A stretch of 42,675 nt of DNA from Reclinomonas americana ATCC 50394 (lineage: Eukaryota). The position numbers were made by a program, and so were the translations under genes. The stretch covers positions 114,917 to 157,591 of the forward strand of contig PS015077.1 of assembly GCA_048213135.1 (NCBI GenBank), given 5' to 3'. Below the pieces are notes generated by a model. The model worked only from the letters and a program-made list of their open reading frames with translations, did not search any database and was not told where the DNA came from. Of the stretch, positions 12,359 to 23,500 are shown in pieces (position 1 is the first letter of the stretch; the number at the start of each line of letters is the position of its first letter).

Positions 12359-15276
12359 TCAGTAGTCGTCCACGGAGCCACCGTTGCCCTTCTCAATGTA
12401 CGAGTTCCACAGGCCGCCAAACGTGTCGGCAAAGAGTGTGCGTGAGCCAGTCGGCGGCGCAGTCTGGTCGGCCGTCAAAAAGTACGCGTGCGACATGAGG
12501 TGTGGAAAGTTGACGTCGGCGGTGAGCGACGTGGCCAGCGTGCTCATGGCCACTGGTGTCGGCCCGCGCATGCGAGTGGCCCGGTGCACTGGTGGCTGCG
12601 ATTCTCCCGCGCCAGCAGTCAGACATGCGCGCAGTACGTGCGACAATGTCGGCGAGATCTTGACGCTGCCAGTGGCCGTGGTCGCCGCGGCCGCCGTCGC
12701 GGCAGCAGTCAGAGTTGCACCAGCGCGACTGACTTGAGCCGACGCCACCTCGGCTTCGGAGATGCCCTCGTGGGCGCGGTGTGTCGGCAACGCCGATGCA
12801 GGAGCCGTCGTGGCTGCCGACGAGAGAAGCGTCTCGACACCGGAGCTGCTCGCCTGCCCGTCCGAGTCGATCACATCGCGCGGCGATGCTCCCAACATGA
12901 ACAGTGCGAGGTGGGCAAAGTTTCGCAGCAAGAAAATGCGCTTCTCCCGCAGAATACTCTGCAAGTCGGGGTCGTGTGGCTGCACACGCGGGTGTTACAT
13001 GGTTGTTGCGCGACAACGGATTGCTCGATGAGGAAAAAACGCAACATCAATGACCTGACCCCACACGGGAGGCCACACCACGACACGCTCGCCAAAGTCG
13101 GAAAGCATCACATCTGCTCGGCCAGGTCAGATACNNNNNNNNNNNNNNNNNNNNNNNNNNNNNNNNNNNNNNNNNNNNNNNNNNNNNNNNNNNNNNNNNN
13201 NNNNNNNNNNNNNNNNNNNNNNNNNNNNNNNNNNNNNNNNNNNNNNNNNNNNNNNNNNNNNNNNNNNNNNNNNNNNNNNNNNNNNNNNNNNNNNNNNNNN
13301 NNNNNNNNNNNNNNNNNNNNNNNNNNNNNNNNNNNNNNNNNNNNNNNNNNNNNNNNNNNNNNNNNNNNNNNNNNNNNNNNNNNNNNNNNNNNTGGGAACA
13401 GAGGGCAGAAAAAATCGTGCTGCACGCAACATTCAGGAAACACCTCCTCCACCACCGTGTACGACGTCATGCGATACAAATCCTGCGGCCACGAACATCA
13501 GTTTCACAGGCACGCGCCCCGTGCTAAACACAAGCGTACACGCACCCACATGGCGTGCAATATCTTGCCGCACCAGTACCGGAAGAGGCGGTCCTCTCTC
13601 ATGTGGCCACAGCGCGACACAAACTCGTACAGGGTCAGCCCCTGCGATCGCGCGCACGATTATTATACTTCCAGTCGCCAGACGAACAGAGAACAACCGC
13701 ACCTTGGTCTCCTCAACAAAGAAGGTGTGATAGAGGGGCGGAAAGTTCGCACATGATCCTCTGTACGACGGCACAAGCGGCGACAACACGAGCTGAATCC
13801 AGGCATCCAGCTGCATCACATTCCGATCAATGTCTTTGACGGTGTTGGTTCCGTCGGCGCCAATCGGGATGCAAATGGCTCGCAGACGCAGCTCTGCGCA
13901 TCAACACGATCTGAGTTGCGAAAATCTCCCACAATTGCGCCAATATGCGCGCCCACACCTTGCTGCGTGTTGGCCCTGTACACGGCTTGGAAACGATGCA
14001 GTCCGGGTCCGAGCGCCTTGAGCGCCTTGGTGACATCTTTCCGGTAAGTCACCTCCTTGACCTGCACCCCTCAATGTCAGCACTGTTACAAACAGAGTCA
14101 ACAACAGCAACAAACAAACGCACATCCACGCTGAGCCTCTCCAGCGCCTTTTGCATCGCGCCCTCGTAGTCGCGATGAAAGGTGTTGAAATCCCACGGCT
14201 CACGCTCGTAGCCCGCCACCAGCCGCGCATCAATGTGCTCCCAGAACAGAGACAGCTTGCTCTCGTCGCCCAGACTACGGTCGACAATGTCGATGCCCTC
14301 CTGTAGCTCGCTCTCGCACTCGCCGAGAAACTCTTCGGCTTCGCGCAGGCACATGAGCACGGCGTCCAGTTCGTCGTCAAGAAACGGCTTGTCCAAGTCG
14401 CGGAAGCGGCGATACGAGGCCAAGATCTTGTGCGCCTCAATGGTCGACTCGTGCAACAGCGAGTCAAGCGACTTGTACTGCGCCAGCATGTTCAACATTC
14501 GTGGATCTGTGGCACGCAAGGGAATCAATGCGTGCACACTCAAGGCCTGCCACGATCGCCTGTCGTACCTGCCGTGTCGTCCGTCTCCTGCGCCACCAGA
14601 GGCAAGTCGAGAGACAGGCCTCGACCGGCCGACTTGTGCGCCACTGGCAACGCATCGGCAGTGCCCGTACTCAGCCCACCATCATCATCGTCGTCGTCAT
14701 CGCTCACCAGCGCGCTCTCGTCATCGACCGCCGTCACGTTCCCTCGCAAGATCTCAATGCACAGTCGTGTCATGAGCTGCAACACCTGCTCAAACGTCAC
14801 CGGCAGCTTGATCGACACACTGCCACTACCTCCACCAGTGTCGCCCGCAAACTCCACACTGCTCTGCGTCGGCAACCGCCGCAGACACGTCTCATCGCTA
14901 TTCCACACACAACACACCAGCATAAGACGAGGCCTATGCAGCTCGACATACAACAGACAACTGACCGCGATCCAACGAGTCCATGCGCGGCCAAGTCGCG
15001 CACAAACGCAATCCTGCACACAGAGTCACATTCTCAGCACTCCGCACTCCATCCACAGTGCGCGTCAACTCACCACTGCGCGTGTGTCAGCAGGTACGGC
15101 ACTGGCTTGACACCGACTGCGGAGGCGGCAATGTTGGCGGCCGGCGAGGTCATCGACATGAGTGCGTCGACCCCGAGAGAGGCAATGGCCTCGGCAGTTG
15201 GCGAGGTGGTTGATGAGGGCGCCACAGGCACCGCGTGTTGGAGGAACACGCGGTGCAGGTGCGGGCCCACTGGCAT
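12359..15276 (-). CDS. Multi-exon protein with an N-terminal helical region and a C-terminal degenerate protein-kinase fold (probable pseudokinase)
   Basis: Spliced minus strand gives kinase subdomains in order: ALGPGLHRFQAVY, LRLRAI, LSPLVPSYRG, FFVEETKGLTLYEFV, LFRYWCGKILHAM, TVVEEVFPE, VMLSDFG, ISPTLSHVLRACL, LMSHAYF. The start at 15276 is tentative, and there is a gap at 13135-13392. Confidence 0.6.
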
Positions 15277-15329
15277 CGCTCACACTAATTGACAACGAAG
15301 TAACGTTCGCGACACAGGACGTCTCTCCA

Positions 15330-16469
15330 ATGATTGTCGCGGTGAAGGGATTCGACCAGCACTGCGATGCGGCTGCTGAGTTGAGCGAGTCACTGCTGGG
15401 CGATCGCGGTGTGGAGTTGTGTGGGTGGACCTCTGCTGCTGCGGCAATTCACCTGGCGGCGTTTGTGCATCAGGCAGTGGCCACGCGCACTCGTCTCTCC
15501 GTGCCGCGCCTGATGCGTGCACTGCGTCGCGCTGTGTGTCCCGAGTGTGTGTTGCCGACGGTGGCACGATGCATGCGGCGCACATTGGCGTGGCGACGCG
15601 ACTATGCTGCTCATTGTGGGCATGCGGTCGACGACATGTTTGTGAGGAGTATGGTGGCGGTGTTTGAGTTGGCGGCGTGGCTGCGTAGTGGTGATGCGGA
15701 TTCGGCGGGTGTGGCCTTGTATCGGCAGCGCTTTGTGGATGTGAGCTCCAAGAGGCGAGAGGAGGCGAGTCGAGAGTTCTATTTGGAGTGGTGTGGCGAC
15801 TCGGCAATTGATCGGCGCACATACTTGGAGGAGTCGTGTGTGCCACCACCACCTGTGCTGAAGGAGGAAGCAGAGGATGTGAGTGACGTGGCGCTGATGC
15901 AAGTGGACTTTCGCTTGGGGTTTCTCGAGTTGAGTCGCCTCGACGCCGACGCCATTCGGAACCGGAAGCGACCGGTGGGCGGTCTGTGTGTACTGGAGGG
16001 AGAACGGAACGTGTGCAAACCGGCTTTCCTGCTCTCGTTGCACGAGGCGCGCCCACTGTACACGTACGCCGAGCCCGACGCGCGACAAGGCCCACTGCCC
16101 CTGCCTCACGTGTTTGTGCTCGACGTGGTCGGACACTACGTGGCCGCACTCACTGTCCGCTTGGTGGCGGCAGACGAAGACGATGCCGAGGCAGAACAGT
16201 GCCCGGGTCACATGCTGCCGGAGAGCGCGCGCATCATGCTTGAGCGCGTGGAACTCGCGCTCACAGAAGCCGTCGAGGTGAGCGGGGAGGTTCCACTCAC
16301 CCTGCTGATAGACAGCATGGCAGCTGGCGACCTGCAGCAATACACCAGCTCTCCATCATCCCCGGCAGTGGTGCTCCACCGGACAGTCCATGGCGTGGAC
16401 CGCGACCGCCCACTTCGCGTACTCCTGGTGGATGGCGATGTCGCAGAGACCGCTGTTGATCTTGAGTGA
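15330..16469 (+). CDS. Intronless hypothetical protein (~379 aa), possible papain/Josephin-like cysteine peptidase fold
   Basis: Single uninterrupted ORF with first plausible ATG at 15330. VELCGW, VFVLDVVGHYVA and LLIDSM are ordered like a Cys-His-Asp triad (inference). Confidence 0.6.
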   Translation: MIVAVKGFDQHCDAAAELSESLLGDRGVELCGWTSAAAAIHLAAFVHQAVATRTRLSVPRLMRALRRAVCPECVLPTVARCMRRTLAWRRDYAAHCGHAVDDMFVRSMVAVFELAAWLRSGDADSAGVALYRQRFVDVSSKRREEASREFYLEWCGDSAIDRRTYLEESCVPPPPVLKEEAEDVSDVALMQVDFRLGFLELSRLDADAIRNRKRPVGGLCVLEGERNVCKPAFLLSLHEARPLYTYAEPDARQGPLPLPHVFVLDVVGHYVAALTVRLVAADEDDAEAEQCPGHMLPESARIMLERVELALTEAVEVSGEVPLTLLIDSMAAGDLQQYTSSPSSPAVVLHRTVHGVDRDRPLRVLLVDGDVAETAVDLE

Positions 16470-16722
16470 AAAACCACGTGCAATGCAAATGTTGCCCAAG
16501 TTCGTCAAGTACGGTAGACCACTGCCCAAAAGCGGTCAGCAGACAACACGAAGAAACAAGCAGCGCCTTCTCGTGTCTCAACAGTGCACATGTGCGCATA
16601 AGCATGCGCAGTCGAGAGGAGTGCAGTGAAGATATTGGCCGTCACCTCACACCCGAAAGGAAATTTTATGCGCCTGAATCTTACATCAAACCACGACGCA
16701 TTGCTCCGAGCGAAGATAGAGT

Positions 16723-17561
16723 ATGCGTCACGCCTACTTGGTGGCCATCGCAGCGGCGCTGGTGCTTGTCATCGCGCCACTGTGTGTGGCGGTGTTGCCA
16801 CAGCATGCTGAAGAGACGACACACATGGTGCAGCGCGGAGGCTGGTCGTATCCCGCGGACACTGACCATGTGGTGGCGGGTCTCCTCTCTCTGCAAACCA
16901 GTGGCCCGCTCGACCGCCCGCCGGAGTTGCACCCGGAGTTGCAGTGGCACTCGACGCGCGTGACGACTGTGCAGGCGGAGGGCGCGCGTGTGCGTGGGGA
17001 GGGCGGAGATGCTGCAGATGGCATGGTGCGCGACTTGCACGTCTCTGCCGCCACTGCGGGCCTCCGTGTGCGCATCATTGCGCTGCGTAATCACGTGCGT
17101 GTGGAGCCGGCCACCACGTTGCGCATGGTTGACATTATCCTGGAAGTTGCGTGAATGCAAGATTCATGTGTGTGTGTGTTTGTTGTCATGACGCAGTGCG
17201 TGAGAGAGTGTGCTTTTTCACGTGCTTGTTTGTGGTATTATCTGTGTGGTTATTCTCTCGCACTCGTGCTGTCTTTTCCTCCCTTTACCACTCGGCATGC
17301 GCATGCTGCGCCACATGCTTCGTGCCGGAAAAATGGCGCAAACACGTGCGGATGGACGCCTCTCTCACACCCTCTCTCCCACTCACACATACTCTCTCTC
17401 ACTCTCCCTCTCTCTCCCAATCACTCACGCTCACTTTGCGCTCCGTGCAGTCGGCGCCCAAGGGGAGCACGATTCATGACATCTCCATCGACTATCTTCA
17501 TGAGGTGAGTGAGTGAATGCAATGTGCACCCGTGCGGAGCGCATGTGGTTTGACTCGACTA

Positions 17562-17592
<31 letters not shown>

Positions 17593-20500
17593 GTGCAGCG
17601 CGCATTCCGCGTGATTTGTGATGACGCGGCGGTGGAGCGACTGCGTGAGCGCATGGGCAATGACATTGCCTGGGTTGGTGACTGGACTGCTGCGCTAAAA
17701 GTGGACGAGTCGACCAAGGACGTGGAGGCGCATGTGCGTGCCATGCTGCTGCATCGTGGTGAGAAGTGGGATGATGCGTGGCACTTGCGATCGCGTGCGT
17801 CGCGCTTCATGAAGGACGACGAGACTCTCGGTGACCGGTGGGCGACTGTGCACATTGAGGTGGCGCGTCACCCGAACGGTATCTCGCCAGAGCAGTTTGC
17901 CGAGCGCCTGATGGTCACCTTTAACGAGCACGGCATTCGGGGTGAGTGTGTGGTATGCATGAAGTTTTTCAGTGCAATGCACTGTGCTGAATCCCATTCC
18001 CACAGCGCGACTGGCCGACGTGACGGCCGGTGCACATGGCGTGCTGGCGCTCAACTTTGGCGACTTTTACGACATGCCGCGCGCCGTGAGCGCAGTATTG
18101 TCGCTGCCGAACGTCATGTTTGCTTATGTTGCGTCTCGGTTACCGCACGCGTTTCTGTTGCGGTCCCGCACCTGTTCTCATTCTTCACTTCCGGCCCCCA
18201 GATCGAGTCGCCGATCGGCGTGCCGGAAGATATTTCTCCAGCCAACTTTATGCCGCAACAGCAGCAGCAGCAGCTTTCGGCTGCGCCAGTTGCCGCCGAT
18301 TCCACCAGTGTGTCGACCACCGTCACCGATTCGCACACACACTCCAACATCTCCACGCGCAACTCGTCGGTCATCGGCATTGTGCAGTCTGGTACTGTGG
18401 GAACGGCACCGTTCGTCGGCGTGTTGTCGGGCAAGAACCAGCGTATCGGTGCGCGTCTGCTGGGCGTGTATCACACGATAACTGTTCTGCTGACTCCGTT
18501 TGCTGCAGGCATGAACGTGTCCGGCGTTGATTACTTCAACTGCTTCTTCCACGATCCGAACAGCGCAGTCACGTTTAATGTGCCCAGTTCCACACTCTCT
18601 GGCTCCAACATTTTCAGCGACACCACTGTCAACACCAATCACCGCAAGGTTTGCCATGCTGTTCTGTCGTGGCGGAGTGACGATGGCTGACTTTTGCTTG
18701 TCTCATGCTTGCCATGACAGATTCTGGTGTACGTCAACTTTGTCGGTGAGTGAGAGAGTTGTGCACAGTGTCTGTGTACTCTGCTTCACTAGCTCACGTG
18801 CCTATTGTGTGTACACAGACAAATACGATGCGCCGTCTCCGTCCAACGGAACCCACATGGTTTGCTTTGCCGCAGCAGGAGGACTTGAACTCGCCTCTGA
18901 GCTGATCTTGTATTTGTGTTGTAGGCTGGTACTATCTCCGGTAATGCCAACCCGAACGACGCTAGCAATTTCATCACGGGATTCAACGGCATCGCCACCG
19001 ACGCCAAGCTGATCATTCATGATACCGGTTGCAACGTCTCTCCCACCAGCGGCTGCACGACGACTTTCTTTTCTGGAACGGCGACTACTCCGCGATATGT
19101 CAGCGGTACACTCAACTATGTGATGGGGCACTTGATGTCGGTTCGTACATCCATGCTTTGTGTGTGCCTTGTCTCGGTTTGCTAACGTGTTCATGTCGTT
19201 CGACGTCGTCCGTTACAGAACCAGTTGCGTTCTTCTGTCTTCTCACTCCCTCGCTGCCGAGAAGTCCTCTGGTTCTGATTCTATGCGTGATTTTGCAGAG
19301 CGTACATCGTGCTGCATGGGTGAGTCCTCATTTCTCTGTCTCATTTGTGTCTCCTACCACCTTTTCATACTCACCGCTAACTTGCTGTTTGTGTGCGTGC
19401 GCAGTGAATCGGCAACATCGAATGCGTACAGTGCCACTGAGCGTGTGTATGATCACTTCTACGCTGGTACGAAGTTGCTTTTTCACGTCGCTTCAATAGT
19501 TGCGTGTGATCTGACCAACAACGCAGGCTGTCTTAGTGGATGCTCGGGTACTACCGCCGCGCAAAACTACCCGGATGCCACGGTGTGACTGTTGGCACTC
19601 TTTGCTCATTCTCGCTTACTTTCGTCGCTCATCCGAAGCTGCACGCTGCTTGTATCAGAACATGCTCGGCATCGTCAATCCGGGAAACATTCCGTGGAAC
19701 GGTGCCAGCTTTGCGACATTTGTCAGCACCGTGCGTGGCATTGGTCTGCTGAAGAACTCGCTTACGGTGGGCGCCAGTCGCTCGGACTACAAGCAAAACT
19801 ACACGACTGGCGTCGTGTGGACACCCGTTGAGTCGATGTGCTCGTGTGCCGGACTACAATTCGTGTTATGCGCCTGACGCAGTTGATGTTTTTTGTACAC
19901 AGGATGACATGGCGTACTATTCCGTGCCAGGTCTGGGGGCATCTGTGCACACAGCATTACTCTGTTCTATTGCCTCTCACATTGTTCCGTCGCACAGGCC
20001 CTGCCGGTGGATATACTTTGGGCGTGCCGATTGACGGACGTTACGGAATCCAAGTGGTGGCTCCGGGACAGGCCGTCCGCTCTGCGTTTGCGTATGACCA
20101 GTCTCTTGCGCCGGACACCAATGTGTGTGGATCTGGAAGTCGTACAGGTTCGTCGCACGTAGTGCACACTTGACCGTTTGTTAGTAGTAGCTCGGTTCTT
20201 ACCGCCAGCGAATGCGCAGTTACCAGCACCAACGTGTGCAAGCATGTCGGTCTGGATAACGACGCTGCATGCAACGTGTCACAGCGCTTCTCTATTGCCT
20301 CGGAATTCCCGCCCACTGCTGCTGTTGCCGGTGTTGCCGGTGCGTTTTACAATGCGAAGCTGACCGAGAACAATGCCTTCTGAATCATGGTCCCATGCGC
20401 AGCTCTTCTCCGCGAGTACCTGACAACGAGCTATCCGATGGCGCCCAACGCCAATGGCACAAACGCGGTGCCATTCACCAAGCCCCCGGCGTCACTGATG

Positions 20501-23500
20501 CGCGCTCTGCTTATCAATTCTGCTGATCGTCTGCCTGACACCGGCTACTATGGAGGCGATGCCAGTAACTCAGCCAACAACCCACCGACATTCTTCCAGT
20601 ACCAGATTTCGACTCTCACCGAGTTGCAAAAGTCGTACTTGTTCGGTAAGTGGTCGTGTCACCTTTCCATTGTACTTTTGTTCCCGTCGCCTAACGCATC
20701 CGCAATCGACGGTGACCGCAGGGTACGGTCTTGTGAAGCTGAACAATATCATGTCCCCGAACTCCGTGTCGCCGCGCTCGTACGCACTTGAAGCTGAGGG
20801 CTCCACGATCACCGCAGTCGACACAGTGCAATGGGCGACTCCGTTCTCATTCACCAACGGCTGCATTTACAATTTCATCCTCACCGGCACTGCGAATGTT
20901 GCGTTTTGCACTGTGATGAAGAAAAANNNNNNNNNNNNNNNNNNNNNNNNNNNNNNNNNNNNNNNNNNNNNNNNNNNNNNNNNNNNNNNNNNNNNNNNNN
21001 NNNNNNNNNNNNNNNNNNNNNNNNNNNNNNNNNNNNNNNNNNNNNNNNNNNNNNNNNNNNNNNNNNNNNNNNNNNNNNNNNNNNNNNNNNNNNNNNNNNN
21101 NNNNNNNNNNNNNNNNNNNNNNNNNNNNNNNNNNNNNNNNNNNNNNNNNNNNNNNNNNNNNNNNNNNNNNNNNNNNNNNNNNNNNNNNNNNNNNNNNNNN
21201 NNNNNNNNNNNNNNNNNNNNNNNNNNNNNNNNNNNNNNNNNNNNNNNNNNNNNNNNNNNNNNNNNNNNNNNNNNNNNNNNNNNNNNNNNNNNNNNNNNNN
21301 NNNNNNNNNNNNNNNNNNNNNNNNNNNNTTGCCACTCACTGCTGACTGTCGTTTCGTGATATGTGAGCAGCTTCGCATGACGCTGGCGTGGACTGAGTTC
21401 GGCAATGTGTCTGGTACAATCGCTATCCTCAAGTTGCGTCATCTGTCTTCTGCACTCCACGCGTTTTTTCGTTCTCCCAGGCAGGCTGATTGATTTCGTT
21501 TGTGTGATGCAGTGATTTGAACTTGGTGCTGGTGCGCGTCGATAATGGCGTCGAGACGCTGGTGCAGATCGGCAACTCACTGACTGGCTTCCCGACGAGC
21601 AATACCGTGAGCGGCTCGGCTGCCATCATGGCCAACACCGACACTCGTAACCTGGAGGAGCGTGTGACAGTTACCAATGCAGCTGCGGGCACTTACCGTG
21701 CATATATCTACGTTGCGTCATCCTCGTCTCTCAAGTGGATCACGTGACTCTATAGGCTCACATGTTGTAATTGTAGGCGCGCATTCTGCCGTCGACTCCC
21801 GGCATCAAGTTCTCACTGGCCATCACGGCGACTGCTAACATTGCTGGTGCGTGTTTGTTCCCACGTACTAGTGGGCTCCTGTGTGGTTCACGCTGATGGC
21901 ATTTTTGGTGCAGTGCCGCCGTTTGGGTTCTCGAACATTGCGAGTGCCGTTGTCGGCAACCAGTGCTCCGACATCTCGGTGGTGCTGAATCATCCGCTTC
22001 ACGACGGCGGCGTGTCTCTCGACGGCAAGAGTGGCATTTCGGCACGCGGGTATGTCATGCTTCTGCACGCACGCGCACGCACAGTATCATGAACTCATGC
22101 AAGTACTGCTGTGCAGCATTCGTATCTACCGGTCAAACGACGAGAGCACCTCGCTTGGCGACAAGACCGACACATCGAATCTGAACTCGAGCCAGTCGAC
22201 GTTTACAGCGTCTGCGGCTGACATTGCGGCAGGAACGTGAGTGCGCTTTTGCCGTGAACTAATCGTTTGAATCGTTGTTTTCGCTGACCTGCTATCGTTA
22301 TGACAACGTATGGACAGAATCTACATCAAGTCGCTGTTCACCAACACACAAGGACTCACCAGTGTGTTTGGCAAGGCTGGCAACATTACGCCAAAGGGCA
22401 CGTTTGCGGCTGTCAACGGACCATATACACTGTATGCCAGTGAGTTGATTCCCTGCTGCCATCCTGAGCCGTGTGCCACCTGCCATCTCATTCGTGCTCG
22501 TACGTACACTGATAGATGAAGCACCGGCTTGGGATGCTGGAATTTCGTCGTCGACGTTCAGTGCGCCATCGACTGCTAACCAGCTCGTTGGCACATTGAC
22601 TGCACCGGCGCAAGCATCAGCGCCTGTCACGTGGAGTGTCGTCGGTGGTGCTGACCAGTCGTCGTTTACTGTCGCCAATACGAATGAGCTGCGCTTGACT
22701 GCTGCCAATTTGGCGGTCGGGACGTACACGGTCATTGTGCGTGGCGTCGACAACAGCAGCAAGTGCTTTACGAAGACGTACACGATTACAGGCTCAGGTG
22801 CAGTCTGCATCTTGTGCACGCACTCGTTTGCTTGCGTGCCACTCACAACTGTACTCTCCGCTGCCACACAGCAACCGTGGCTCTCACCGTCACCAACGTC
22901 ACGCCGACGTCTGTGATTGGCAACAACGCGACCACGCTGAATCTGACAGGCACGACACTCAACCAGCTCACGAGCGCGGTGCTTATTGCCACCAACGGCA
23001 GCTGCACGGCCGGCACGCCCACCAACGATGCGTCGGTGACGGCATTGACAGTAACGGGCACGGCTTCGACCACCGCCACGCTGTCTGCCACGATCTCGCA
23101 GAACATTACGCTGAAGGTTCACTTGCGTTTTACAGCTTGGCGTGTTCATGTGGTTGCTCGAGATGGCTGAGTTTAGAGTTCTTTTTTGTTTTTGCAGTTG
23201 TGTGTTCAGCAGAACAACAGCACGTGGCTGGACTCTGGATTCACCGTCGCGTCCGTCATTAGTTGAGTATCTGCCTGCTGTCAATCGTGTTGTCCGTTGG
23301 GCTTGTCACTCAACGTGTGCACTCACCGTACACAGTGACTGTGACGAATGTGACGCCGACGTCGATCATTGGCAACAATGCGACGGCCGTGAATCTGACC
23401 GGTACAGCGCTGGACCAGCTGACAGCTGTGCGATTGGTGGCGAGCAACGGCACGTGTGCTGGCTCACCGACCAACCACGCTGCTGTGACGAATGCGTCGA

